The notes below the pieces were generated by a model. It was not told where the DNA came from, did no database searches, and saw nothing but the letters and a program-made list of their open reading frames with translations. A DNA stretch of 64,000 nt, from positions 1,976 through 65,975 of IMG/VR virus record IMGVR_UViG_3300025718_000005; one strand, 5' to 3'. Position 1 is the first letter of the stretch, and each line of letters starts with the position of its first letter. The translations under genes and the position numbers were made by a program. Shown here one piece after another: positions 47,901 to 57,521 of the stretch. The stretch comes from a virus. Taxonomy: Duplodnaviria; Caudoviricetes.

Positions 47901-49007
47901 GCTGATAAGGAAAGAGAATCGTTATCTGGAATAGAGGATCAGCTTGATTTAAATGGCGTAGCTTTTAAGAACTTGACTAAAGTGCAAAAACAAGAGATGC
48001 GGGAAGCTAGCACGGAATGGAAAATGCACGAATCAACCATAAAAGAACTCGGAAAAGAATGGGATAATCTTGCTGAGCATGCCTCTACAGCTGGGAAAAC
48101 TTCTAAGAAAATAGCTAATGAAGCGAAGATTGAGGCTGTAAAAGCCCAGCAGGATGAGTATAACAAGCAGTTTCAAAATACTAACTATGATAAGGAATCA
48201 GGGATATTATCACTGGGCCGAAATTATAGTAAAGAGCAAGCAGATGTAATTGAATTGACGGCTGCTGTTAAAAATCTTTACTCTGCTAAAGAACAATTAA
48301 TAGTTACAGAAAATCAATATGGCAAAGACTCTACTCAATATAAACAACAACTAATCACCGTTGGTCAGCTTACCAATCAAATTGATACCCTAAACGATAA
48401 AACCCTAATAGTCCGAACCAGTACAGCCTCTATGTTCGATGGCATGATGCGCGGGACTTCTATATTCCAAGACTTCTGGAAGAACGCCTGCCTTGATTTT
48501 GGTACTCAGATGCTTAACCAGATTTGGAATATCAACCAGGCTGGAAGTCAATCATCGATATTAGGGCAAATGTTTGGTGGAATTTTCGGTGGAAGTAAAA
48601 CAAATGGGACAACCGCAAATATAACAGCTAAGGCATCGTCTGCATCTCAATATTTTCCATCAACAGCATTCCGAGAAAGTGGAGGACCAGTGACCGCAGG
48701 ACAATCTTATATAGTAGGAGAGAAGCGTCCTGAACTATTTGTCCCTAATACTAATGGATCGATCATACCAGATTTAAGCACAGTTAGGACAGGCGGAAAT
48801 AATAGTAGTAATGGCAGTAACTCAAATGGCGGCGGGGATACGTACCACACAACCTCAGTAGCTTTTAATCCAACATTTGTTAGTCCCGATCCTGCCGCCA
48901 ACATGAAGCAGTTTAAGCAACAAATGCCGATGTTCAAAGCGGAAATCATAAAAGCAATGAAAAACGATCCATCCATGCGTAATGCTGTATCAAAGGCGGC
49001 GACATAA
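44994..49007 (+). CDS. Tape measure protein
   Basis: 1337 aa, Ala/Gly-rich helical; TP901-like core (VDSFTNVAHN..S...LAESL); C-terminal RESGGPV..GQSYIVGE.RPELFVP. Confidence 0.92.
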   Translation: MADGTSVGGIVAPVQADITDFMRKFDQVNEKTNVVSNNIISRLDMISRALHDVGAQGLDLKIPTGTTNELSRTLQMTDGIKQSKQQIAAIDRNLFEQLQKNNGMENTRTGELRRQKSEIEGQLGALKTQKEVHDSVGKSIFANNAFLQQMKGHLTWMATGGAVMALIGAPAIAIKTIADVEQQMAGMLQTLPSLYLKTADGIQTHTVNQAALNSVTQQFIGIASQYGFEVDKVVEAGKLWSRGYKDVGDVMKLTGVSTKLAIADMMDVTLANRAVEATVSGYKRQGDAVAFSNHIVDSFTNVAHNAQSSATDLAESLLRSASAANVVGISFDTVTALASTMIKNTGQSGAIVGNSLKNIFSTLDSKKGRAALEDLGIGMYKLDTDGTKHLRNMENVIVDIMLAVSGTNKSLQKDFEGLSSKFQWGRAAALFGDYAEFIKNYNLSINSAGVADQQVQAQLDTINRKVEQIKANMTGALMGPASAGLGQYIKDWLDGINMFVKGLQQVPTEAFVVIGKMTEVAVSIFAVSKFIGLLSAGFAGLSIFAGTSAVALEVEAVAATEAAVATTALGGAVTFATGGLNLVLAAIIAAGIGATIYATNVGEAVNAIDKERQATADSIATKESQIAMNAKQTEFIGTLGNAYVNLQEKLVGVQGDEAKTAEINKNIGATHEELAKIVGKTTADRVLASDDIKGAITQEQKVHAQKATEMQSVMDDLVGKQRALTSAAIDECNERIKAINHEADATYTAAQSISASLGMISGAMYSYYKGKAESATQSANTLEAINAESANMPWYAKVGMALNNSDLNDAGMSTNTEELRQQANQANANAAAIEQKAKTVEESKKLTLMTDLYKRGTGGNTRTGGDVVSPDSPGKTKGAGGNNVDPTQSMENRLQRDGNQEKKNDLLLQAKISADNYATALDDVTVKESLFGVTTATTAERAKVKTDRVVELIGEQKKYSDQMDDLHAQADKERESLSGIEDQLDLNGVAFKNLTKVQKQEMREASTEWKMHESTIKELGKEWDNLAEHASTAGKTSKKIANEAKIEAVKAQQDEYNKQFQNTNYDKESGILSLGRNYSKEQADVIELTAAVKNLYSAKEQLIVTENQYGKDSTQYKQQLITVGQLTNQIDTLNDKTLIVRTSTASMFDGMMRGTSIFQDFWKNACLDFGTQMLNQIWNINQAGSQSSILGQMFGGIFGGSKTNGTTANITAKASSASQYFPSTAFRESGGPVTAGQSYIVGEKRPELFVPNTNGSIIPDLSTVRTGGNNSSNGSNSNGGGDTYHTTSVAFNPTFVSPDPAANMKQFKQQMPMFKAEIIKAMKNDPSMRNAVSKAAT

Positions 49008-49378
49008 TGGATACTTTTAATTTCTATCGTGATAGAGAACACGACTATGGTATCGAGTTTAAGACTGATGTTGATAGCGAATATTCGGCACATGAACAAA
49101 GAAACGATCTATGGAGAAACCCACGTAGAAGTTGGACACTTACATTTAGCAAAACACCAGCGCAATGGCCCTTAATTGAGGCTTTTTTTGTTGCCCAAAA
49201 AGGGAAGAAGAAATCTTTTTACTGGAAATATGATAAGACAGTAAACGGCAAACCTGCTGGTGGTGACGATGTTACCTACACGGTCAGGTTTGATACTGAC
49301 AAGTTAGAGGTAAAAGTAAACGAACTTGGTTACAAATCTTTAACTATATCCATTATCGAGGTGGTGACGAGTGAGTGA
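49007..49378 (+). CDS. Distal tail protein (gpM/DUF2460-like)
   Basis: EQRN..W..PRRSWTL...FF..KG...F.W...VRFDTD. Confidence 0.7.
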   Translation: MDTFNFYRDREHDYGIEFKTDVDSEYSAHEQRNDLWRNPRRSWTLTFSKTPAQWPLIEAFFVAQKGKKKSFYWKYDKTVNGKPAGGDDVTYTVRFDTDKLEVKVNELGYKSLTISIIEVVTSE

Positions 49379-49983
49379 GTAAGGATATATCAACCACACT
49401 AGAAACCGCGTCGCAAGAACAGGAGATCAGCACCAGAACACTTGTTACCATTTATCTTGATGAGGCAACACAACGATTTATCGCTAATGACAACCAAGAT
49501 TTGCAGTACAACGGTAATACTTACTTAGCGGCATCTATTGAGATAGGAGATGTTGAGTCTACAACTGACGCTAAAGTAGAGCAGGTTGAATTAACGCTAA
49601 CGAATAAATGGCTGGAATGGGCATCTTATTTTGCCACTGTCGGCAATAAAATGAATGGCAAACGATGCACTATCGAAGAAGTTTTTCTTGATTATCCGGA
49701 TGAAGAAAGTATTTGGGTATTTAATGGCAAGTTAAGCGGACCGCATATGACTGTATCCGAATTAAAGGTTAATGTAGTCCGCAGCATGATCAATTTTGAG
49801 GCCGAAGGACCATTAATGGACTACGACCCCAATTGCCAATATCGAAAATTTAAGGATGAACGATGCCAATACGCAGGGACTGAGACGATATGCGACATGA
49901 CACCGACAAGATGTTTTGAACTTGGTAATATTCTTAATTTTGGGGGCCATCCTTCTGTGGCGCGAGAAATGGTAACTAAATGA
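49375..49983 (+). CDS. Tail hub protein (gpL/DUF2163-like)
   Basis: C-terminal CQY...C.Y.G...CD.T...C...GN..NFGG.P. Confidence 0.75.
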   Translation: MSKDISTTLETASQEQEISTRTLVTIYLDEATQRFIANDNQDLQYNGNTYLAASIEIGDVESTTDAKVEQVELTLTNKWLEWASYFATVGNKMNGKRCTIEEVFLDYPDEESIWVFNGKLSGPHMTVSELKVNVVRSMINFEAEGPLMDYDPNCQYRKFKDERCQYAGTETICDMTPTRCFELGNILNFGGHPSVAREMVTK

Positions 49984-50345
49984 CCATTGATGAGTTAAAA
50001 AAAGAAGTGCTGAGCGGGCATGTTTATCGGAAGATTAATGATGATGGATATGCCGAAGGGTGTTTATTGCCGTTATATTTGTTATTACCGGGCATGCCCC
50101 GTTACAAGTGGATTGACGATGATATGTTAAATGCCGTTATTGATGCATTAGATAGTCTTTTCAATAAAATATCAATAGATGAACTTAAGCCAGGAGATAT
50201 CCTGGTTTTTCGTATGCCCTTCAAAAAGGCGCATATCGGTATTTATTGTGGAGATGGGGAAATGGTGCATTGCACTCAAAATACAAATCTTGAAATTTGC
50301 CAAACATCATTGTTTATCAGCCGTGCAGAGGAGGTGTTTAGATGA
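49980..50345 (+). CDS. NlpC/P60 tail-associated protein (gpK-like)
   Basis: GC...PGDILVF...AHIGIYCGDGEMVH. Confidence 0.8.
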   Translation: MTIDELKKEVLSGHVYRKINDDGYAEGCLLPLYLLLPGMPRYKWIDDDMLNAVIDALDSLFNKISIDELKPGDILVFRMPFKKAHIGIYCGDGEMVHCTQNTNLEICQTSLFISRAEEVFR

Positions 50346-52117
50346 CGGTACCAGCAGCTTGGGGATTAAAAGGCATTTGGCTAGCTTTAGCTAATGTAGT
50401 TGTTTCATATGGAGTAAGCACGCTAACAAATAAATTGTTTGGTCCCAAGGCAAAGTCGCAAGACTATCAAAATGGAACGACAGAATGTAACTCGAACAAT
50501 GTAGTTCCTATGGTATATGGTCGCATGCGTTGCGGTGGTAACATCACATGGAACTCTGACGGCAATACTGAAAGCATCCACCGATTAGTTAGTTTTGGTG
50601 ATGGGCAAATAAAAGGTATTTCAGGGGTATGCTTTTCTGACATGCTGGTTAATAACGGCCCTATCATGAATGTACAAAATACAAAATATAGCGATGCAAC
50701 GGTACAAATTTATCAGACTAACTCCCCTACTGTTGACGATAAATTACTTATTTTACATGCAAACGGGGCAGCGAATAATATTATCTTAGCAGGTGCTGGC
50801 GACAACAACTCTAATGGACTACAAAATTATAACTGTTATGTTACTGATTTAATGTCATATATTAACAATCTTGGTAATGGGTGGATAGCAACATCTGTAA
50901 CCGGCAGTAGCACATCAAATGGATGCCAGGACATTTGGGATATAAATTCTGTGAGTTGTTATAATTCCCCCATAGATTTTAATATTGATGGTATTGATGA
51001 CTGTACATATACTGTTTATACGGGTAACGGAACGCAAGAAATAGATAGTCGTATTCCTGGTTATACGCAAGCCGATAAAGCTAAAATTGTGGGAGGCTTA
51101 CGGCACGAAGCATATATTGCCCTAACTGCGAAATTAAGTAGCTCATTGGGTGGTAGTTTTAATGTTACGGCAATTGTTGAAGGACGATTAGTTAGAATTT
51201 ACATGAATGCTACAGATTATATTGTGGCTTGGAGCGATAACCCTGCATGGTGTATCCTTGACTATATGTTAGCTTACAATGGGATATACATGCCAATTGT
51301 CGAGATAAATATCCAATCGTTTATTACAGCCGCCGCTTATTTTGACATTGTTGTAAATGGCTATAAAAGATTTACGTTAAATATGTCTATAGATAGTTCT
51401 AAAAGCCATCAGGCGTGGATTACTGAAATGTTGAAAACGTGCAGGTCGTGGCTAACGTACCAAAACGGTAAATACGGAATTTTGGTAGAAAAGGCTGAGT
51501 CCATAAGTCAAACATTTACGCTCGACCCTGACGAACAATGGGAAACGTGGTGGCCCGAACTTTCCGATGAAGTCGATATAGTAAAAATAAAATATGTCGA
51601 TCCTGGCTACGAGTGGACACAAGTTGCAGCGCAGGCGCGACGCGATGTAATAGACCGATCCCCAGCACAAGAAAAAGTTATTGAAATTATAGGAATAACA
51701 CGATTTGAGCAAGCCAGTGCGTTGTCTTGGTTTATGCTTAATCAAGAGGTTGATTGCCCTCAATACGCCACATGGCACGCGAATAGACGCGTTATTAACC
51801 GTACAATTGGCGATGTAATGCAAATTACAGATCCTTGCGGTATGACTAAAAAATGGCGCATTTTATCTATAAAAGGCACAACTAAAAAAGAACTTACACT
51901 GAGGGAGTATAATGAGTATTTGTACTCTGATACATTAGGTAGCGTTAAATCAATACCTGCTATTACTAAACTTGCTAATCCGTATATGCAACCCCCTAAA
52001 ATAACTAATGTTGAATGCTGGACAAACGATGACGGTGAAATATTAATAGAGCACGATGCTAGTACGCTATTTAACTTTAAAGAATATCGCCACTATGTAG
52101 AGGAGGTGGAAAGCTAG
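50342..52117 (+). CDS. Tail tip / host-specificity protein (gpJ-like, N-terminal part)
   Basis: VPMVYGR...GG, VEGRLV, WSDNPAWCILDY, YVDP..EW. Confidence 0.8.
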   Translation: MTVPAAWGLKGIWLALANVVVSYGVSTLTNKLFGPKAKSQDYQNGTTECNSNNVVPMVYGRMRCGGNITWNSDGNTESIHRLVSFGDGQIKGISGVCFSDMLVNNGPIMNVQNTKYSDATVQIYQTNSPTVDDKLLILHANGAANNIILAGAGDNNSNGLQNYNCYVTDLMSYINNLGNGWIATSVTGSSTSNGCQDIWDINSVSCYNSPIDFNIDGIDDCTYTVYTGNGTQEIDSRIPGYTQADKAKIVGGLRHEAYIALTAKLSSSLGGSFNVTAIVEGRLVRIYMNATDYIVAWSDNPAWCILDYMLAYNGIYMPIVEINIQSFITAAAYFDIVVNGYKRFTLNMSIDSSKSHQAWITEMLKTCRSWLTYQNGKYGILVEKAESISQTFTLDPDEQWETWWPELSDEVDIVKIKYVDPGYEWTQVAAQARRDVIDRSPAQEKVIEIIGITRFEQASALSWFMLNQEVDCPQYATWHANRRVINRTIGDVMQITDPCGMTKKWRILSIKGTTKKELTLREYNEYLYSDTLGSVKSIPAITKLANPYMQPPKITNVECWTNDDGEILIEHDASTLFNFKEYRHYVEEVES

Positions 52118-52413
52118 TGATAAATATTCATACAAAAATGTTTTGCCAATGTGGTAAAAGATTTACTCATGTATACCCTGATAATACTGCCATTCCCAGA
52201 GTATTAACAATTACTGAAAAATGTCCATTTTGTGGAGCATTAAATATAGCCAAATATGAATTTGATGCTAATTTTAAATGCCTTGTTCCTGGCGAATTAC
52301 ACTATATTCGTGACCATTTTAGAATAAATAACGGGAATACATACGAGGAGTATTATCCCCGCCATTGCGTGTGTGGAGAAGAAGTTCTATTAAGACAGAG
52401 GAGGGTTATATAA
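52117..52413 (+). CDS. Cys-rich hypothetical protein
   Basis: CQCG, CPFCG, HCVCG. Confidence 0.55.
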   Translation: MINIHTKMFCQCGKRFTHVYPDNTAIPRVLTITEKCPFCGALNIAKYEFDANFKCLVPGELHYIRDHFRINNGNTYEEYYPRHCVCGEEVLLRQRRVI

Positions 52414-52842
52414 ATGGTTAATATTACGTTTACTTGCAATGGGCAGACTCTTACAGAAACAAATGCCTTGGATTTCAATACGGTACAAGCTGGTTTGTCC
52501 AGCGAGATAAAAGCAATCACAGTAACTAATACGGGCGATAGTGATGCTCTTAATTTCACAATAGAGCCAGTTGAAGCTACGATATCAAATGGTTTTGCTG
52601 CTGATATTCAAGTTGGAACAGTGCAAGAGACCGTGCAAGCAAGAAAGTTTGCAGCGGCAATGGACGGACCATGGTATCCGCTTGGAGTAGTGGGGGTTGG
52701 TAAGAATTTTTCGACTGGACTAGGTGGAACATTGGCAAACACGTCAGGAACGGATGTATTTTATACAACGTGGAACCCTCCAATTAATGGGACGAGCGGC
52801 CTTAAAGTACATGGGGATAGAGGGTCATGCGTATACGTCTAA
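52414..52842 (+). CDS. Hypothetical virion-associated protein (beta-rich)
   Basis: Tail-tip context. Confidence 0.5.
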   Translation: MVNITFTCNGQTLTETNALDFNTVQAGLSSEIKAITVTNTGDSDALNFTIEPVEATISNGFAADIQVGTVQETVQARKFAAAMDGPWYPLGVVGVGKNFSTGLGGTLANTSGTDVFYTTWNPPINGTSGLKVHGDRGSCVYV

Positions 52843-52861
52843 TAAAGGAGTTGCATGACTG

Positions 52862-53680
52862 ATGGATTTTAATATTGGATTTACTAGCATTGGCGGCGAT
52901 GAAGAAGCGCCCTATACAGAAAGTGAAAATAAAGAATCAACGTTTAACATAGGGATGACTGGCATTGGCGGCGATGATGTAGAATATCAGTCAACTTTTT
53001 ATACTATTAAAGGCAAGGTAATGCGTAACTATGATGGTGGTTATACGGTGCAAGGAGTTATTCAATTAGCTAAAAGTGCAATATATAAAATAAAAGGTAG
53101 GCTGATTTCCCCTAACTTTAAAAACTATTACGCTGTGAAAAGCGCCATTTCTAAACCTATAAATATGATATATAAAGTGGTTGGAGCCGTAAGAGCTAAT
53201 CACTCGTCAGGATACTCTATAAAGGGAGTATTGGCGATAGGAGCACAAACTGTATACAAGGTAATTGGAGAGTGCAAGGCTAATTATTCTGCTGGATATA
53301 CAGTTAAGGGTGCGTTACAGCAATCGTTAAATAAACATTATCTTGTAAAAGGTATATTAGTGGCTAAGAGCACATCAATATACAAAGTAAAAGGAATATT
53401 ATCAATACCTGTTAAATCTTCATATGCAGTTAAAGGGGTATTGGCCTATGGGAAAACGTCAATGTATATGGTGAAAGGTAAACTTCAGCAATCTACGAAT
53501 ACTTTTTATAGCGTTACTGGAGATATTGCTAATACATGGGGGCAGTTTTTTTATGCCGTGAAAAGCAAAATAAATATCGCAGCCTTTATATCATCAACAC
53601 CAAAGAGGATACAAGAATTCGTTACAAATAAAATTTGGTATAAAGATGATGGCGATAACCGTACAAAGCGGGGGAATTAG
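52862..53680 (+). CDS. Tandem-repeat protein: 14 repeats of about 14 aa, YxVKGxL consensus
   Basis: Periodicity read directly from the translation. Confidence 0.75.
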   Translation: MDFNIGFTSIGGDEEAPYTESENKESTFNIGMTGIGGDDVEYQSTFYTIKGKVMRNYDGGYTVQGVIQLAKSAIYKIKGRLISPNFKNYYAVKSAISKPINMIYKVVGAVRANHSSGYSIKGVLAIGAQTVYKVIGECKANYSAGYTVKGALQQSLNKHYLVKGILVAKSTSIYKVKGILSIPVKSSYAVKGVLAYGKTSMYMVKGKLQQSTNTFYSVTGDIANTWGQFFYAVKSKINIAAFISSTPKRIQEFVTNKIWYKDDGDNRTKRGN

Positions 53681-55300
53681 ATGGTAGAAAGAGTACAGGA
53701 TATTATTAAAAATGGTCTTAAGAAGGGTAAGTATTACAAAGTATATGTTACTCAGGTCAATACTGCGGGAGTTGAAAGTCCCAAATCTGATGCGGTAATG
53801 ATCAGAGTTGGCGATACTTTAGCCCCGCCAATCCCTTTGCTATCATTGAATAGTCTGCGTAAAAATAAAGGGTCTGTTGACGTTATGCTGACGTGGACAC
53901 CTAGTATATGTGACGATCTATCTCATTATATACTGTATACTTGGCGGAGCTGGGCTGATTGGGATAATGATGGGGTAAGGCTAAAAGACAAAGCTGCGTC
54001 AGCATCTACTAACATCATAATACAAAATACAGTTACAAGTTATACCCTACAAGGGCAACGAAATCAAGAATATGTTTGGATTGGGATGCAGGCGGTTGAT
54101 ATATCAAATAACCATTCTGATATCTACGTTATACGTGTACTTGCCGAGGATACCAGTGTATTAGATCGCCCTGCTGACGCACCAACGGTCACCCCTGGCG
54201 TATGGCTAATACAAGTAGATATTGACTGCCCTCAAAGTACGCAAATAGAAAAAATAGCAATATACCGCGATAATCAGGCTACCACATTTGATGGAATATC
54301 ATGTGTTGGCCTGATACTTTTTTACCCCGGAATGGTTGTAAGCTATATTGACAATTTGCGTGTGCTTGACGGGCTTACTCATTATTATACTTATGCGTGG
54401 ATTGATTATAATGGCAATGTTTCGCCGCGTAGTCCTGCTAGTGCGACTGTTACGGCGAAGGCTATCGATACTACGGAAATTGATCTAGTGGCCTTTGAGG
54501 CGTTAAATAACGCGTGGTCTAGTGATTTTATTAGTAATGGTGGCGTTGTAGATATTGAAAAGTTAAAAACAGATTTAGCTACACAATCTGCTAAGATTGT
54601 CAGTTTAGCTAATCAGCTTTTAACCGTCCAAGATAATTATGATGCCATCTATAATAAATACAATTTGCTAGTCAATACATTAAGTATTATTAGTGCAAAA
54701 ATAGATCAACAAGGAAATATACAGAGTGCCATGCAAACAGCGATACAACAAAACGCGACTGATATTAATTTGAGGGCAACTAAGATTGCACTTGATATGA
54801 CTACTAATCAAATTACTGACGCTTACACTTCGCTGTTTAACATGAATGCCCAAAGTATTGCACTCGTTGTATCAAACTTAAATAATGATAAATTAGCTTA
54901 TGCGACAATTGCAGAAAACTATGATGCGATACAACTTAAAGTAAATCAAAACGGGATTATATCCGCGATTAATTTATCCCCTGAAGACATTGATATATCA
55001 GGGAGCAGGCTACATATTTCAGCGGACACGCTGTTTGATGGCAATGTAAACATTAATGGCATACTTAATGCTAATGCAATATATCAGGCTGGATTTAAAC
55101 TAAGGGAAGCAGTTATTAATAAGGGAACTATTGGTCCTGGAGGGACAATACCATTGCCTAATGGGTATACAGAAGATCAATGTTCGTGGAGTTTTCTGGG
55201 TAAGGTTTGGGATGTTGATGAAGCACAGTGTTCTTTGAGATGGCGAACACTTTACTCAAATGGAACACCTGCCTACTATTCGATAACGGGGGTGAAATAA
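53681..55300 (+). CDS. Central tail fibre protein (Fn3-like domains + coiled coil)
   Basis: YKVYVTQVN.AG.ES, DTLAP..P, YTYAW.D.NGNVS; GIISAINLSPE..I.G. Confidence 0.7.
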   Translation: MVERVQDIIKNGLKKGKYYKVYVTQVNTAGVESPKSDAVMIRVGDTLAPPIPLLSLNSLRKNKGSVDVMLTWTPSICDDLSHYILYTWRSWADWDNDGVRLKDKAASASTNIIIQNTVTSYTLQGQRNQEYVWIGMQAVDISNNHSDIYVIRVLAEDTSVLDRPADAPTVTPGVWLIQVDIDCPQSTQIEKIAIYRDNQATTFDGISCVGLILFYPGMVVSYIDNLRVLDGLTHYYTYAWIDYNGNVSPRSPASATVTAKAIDTTEIDLVAFEALNNAWSSDFISNGGVVDIEKLKTDLATQSAKIVSLANQLLTVQDNYDAIYNKYNLLVNTLSIISAKIDQQGNIQSAMQTAIQQNATDINLRATKIALDMTTNQITDAYTSLFNMNAQSIALVVSNLNNDKLAYATIAENYDAIQLKVNQNGIISAINLSPEDIDISGSRLHISADTLFDGNVNINGILNANAIYQAGFKLREAVINKGTIGPGGTIPLPNGYTEDQCSWSFLGKVWDVDEAQCSLRWRTLYSNGTPAYYSITGVK

Positions 55301-55461
55301 TGTACGCAGTTATCAAAGACGGCAAGGTAATCTGTATTTGCGACTACGAACCATCATCGCAAGATTTACGGAAACGAGGAGAAACATATGTATTTGCAAA
55401 TTTTAAACTAGAAATAGGGCAGGAGGTTAATAATGACGTTACCAATATTTCACGACCATAG
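55300..55461 (+). CDS. Small tail-associated protein
   Basis: MYAVIKDGKV; coupled. Confidence 0.5.
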   Translation: MYAVIKDGKVICICDYEPSSQDLRKRGETYVFANFKLEIGQEVNNDVTNISRP

Positions 55462-56869
55462 TCCGGCAGCTCCCTGGCATGTGACAGACGAACCAGCCCA
55501 CATAATTGATAGCCTTGGGTATGTGCGATTGATTTATAAGCCTAAAAAAGACAGTCCATCTACTGTCGCGATTGCAGGCTTTACCGAAACAACTAATTCT
55601 AGCCCAGGTTTGACTGAGTTTTATATCGACTATCAAGATCAAACTCAATATCGCACAGCAACCCAACTAGTGAAATTTAATTTATCACAAGTCGGCAATA
55701 GCATTTCCGCCATCTATTTGGGGGTTGGTCAACGGCTATATGCTGACAACCTTAATGAGATTAAAAGTCATGTCGAAAACACAGGGATTCATTTGACTGC
55801 TGGCCAAGCCACGCAGATTGCAGGGGCCGTAGTAACTACAGATCCTAGATTATCTGACGCTAGAACCCCAGTAGGCCATAATCAAGACTGGAGTACTATC
55901 ACAGGAAAGCCAACTACCATAGCAACCAGTGAAATAAGCGATGTTTATACTAAGGCTCAAGTGGACGCCTTGGATGCAGTAAATGATTGGGCAATTAGCA
56001 CAGCATATACATTGAATCAACTAGTGGTAAGCGCAGGAATCCTCTACCGTTGTACCTCCGCCCATACCTCCACAGTAACCTTCGATGCTACTAAATTCAC
56101 GGAATTAGGAGGAACTTCCAGTGGTGGAAGCAACCTACTAACTCTCTTACATACCAATAATGAAGCAACAACTTCTGAAATAACTTTTGATTATCTTTAT
56201 GATGGTGTTATTATACCGGATTTTACCAGACATACAAATAAGTTGAAAATAGGCACAATTTCTAGTGGAAATGGACAAGTTCAAGTGCAAATTACTGACG
56301 GAACAAATACCGTTACGCAAAATATGACAGTGATAAACTCTGTAGGACGCAAGAAAGATTCTGTAAATATTGATTGTAGTACACTCGCAGATGTGAGTAC
56401 AGGAAAGTATTGGAATGTAACAATTTACGCCAAGGCAGTAACAGGGGATTATACTCTAAGTAAATTCACACTACAAGGTATTCCAGTGGATTTTATGAGT
56501 GGACAAACAATGATTCAAACTAATCCAATGACTAGTGTATCAACTAACATTGCAACTATGTTAGATACTAGAAATTTTCCCATAAACTATGCAATTGATA
56601 ATTCATGCCAGATTAGATTTTTAGCATGTGTCACTTTAGGCACTGGTGTAACCTCTGCTGAATTACGATGTAGGCTTACGACTTCCAATGGTTCTACTGT
56701 GTCAACTAACGAATGTCTTTTAAGTGTTAGCGCAAGTGGAATTGTGCAGGGATACATTGACTTTCCTAATATCGTTGCCCCTACGGTGAAGGTGGAAGTG
56801 CTTGGACGAGTCGTAGGTGGTACAGGGGTGGTTACGTTGGGACATTATGAGTGTTGGATGGAGGTATAA
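55433..56869 (+). CDS. Tail fibre / receptor-binding protein with a CBM5/12-like module
   Basis: RLSDAR, H..DWSTITGKP fibre motifs; WAISTAY..NQLVVSAG.LYRC..AHTS. Confidence 0.7.
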   Translation: MTLPIFHDHSPAAPWHVTDEPAHIIDSLGYVRLIYKPKKDSPSTVAIAGFTETTNSSPGLTEFYIDYQDQTQYRTATQLVKFNLSQVGNSISAIYLGVGQRLYADNLNEIKSHVENTGIHLTAGQATQIAGAVVTTDPRLSDARTPVGHNQDWSTITGKPTTIATSEISDVYTKAQVDALDAVNDWAISTAYTLNQLVVSAGILYRCTSAHTSTVTFDATKFTELGGTSSGGSNLLTLLHTNNEATTSEITFDYLYDGVIIPDFTRHTNKLKIGTISSGNGQVQVQITDGTNTVTQNMTVINSVGRKKDSVNIDCSTLADVSTGKYWNVTIYAKAVTGDYTLSKFTLQGIPVDFMSGQTMIQTNPMTSVSTNIATMLDTRNFPINYAIDNSCQIRFLACVTLGTGVTSAELRCRLTTSNGSTVSTNECLLSVSASGIVQGYIDFPNIVAPTVKVEVLGRVVGGTGVVTLGHYECWMEV

Positions 56870-56872
56870 GGT

Positions 56873-57478
56873 ATGGCATGGGATGTTAAATATGATGCTG
56901 ATGTATTGCCAACCTTAGCTAATCCTCCTTGGGCTTTTGCTTACAGTTCTAGTATGGGTGCGCAAACAGTTAGTGGGGGCTTTTTAACCATGACTGGAGA
57001 TGTTAACTGGCAACAATATAAAATGTCAAACTCTGTTTCCACTAAAGGTTTACATATCAATATTAGATTAAGAATATCTTCTGTTGGTAGTTATGGTCAA
57101 AATATTAGAGTTGGCATAAAAGGGTTTTCTACCATAGATACTCTTGTAAGTACGAACTTTGTTTCCGTTGCTGGCACTGGTTATACAAGTGACACTACTG
57201 GTTACTATGTTGATATGACTGTTTATAGAAATATTGAAATATTTATTACTTCAAATGGTTTAGCTACGTTTTATGTAGATAATGTTTTAATTAAAACTGT
57301 TCAACTTGGGACTTCTTCTCCTAGCACTGAAACATATTTATCCTTTTTGACTGTCCAAACTTCCTCTATCGTTGTTATTGATTACATGTATGTTAATTGG
57401 TCTAGTACAGTTGATAAGCCCTCTCCCCTCCCCACGACCTCCCTATTTCTTCCCACCTCAATAGAGAATAGCCTATGA
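56873..57478 (+). CDS. Beta-sandwich (lectin-like) adhesin cassette 1
   Basis: ConA-like pattern (ATFYVDNVL, VIDYMY); Pro-rich C-terminal tail. Confidence 0.55.
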   Translation: MAWDVKYDADVLPTLANPPWAFAYSSSMGAQTVSGGFLTMTGDVNWQQYKMSNSVSTKGLHINIRLRISSVGSYGQNIRVGIKGFSTIDTLVSTNFVSVAGTGYTSDTTGYYVDMTVYRNIEIFITSNGLATFYVDNVLIKTVQLGTSSPSTETYLSFLTVQTSSIVVIDYMYVNWSSTVDKPSPLPTTSLFLPTSIENSL

Positions 57479-57521
57479 TGAATTTATTGCAAATAAATTG
57501 CAATAGAAAGGAAGTGATTAA

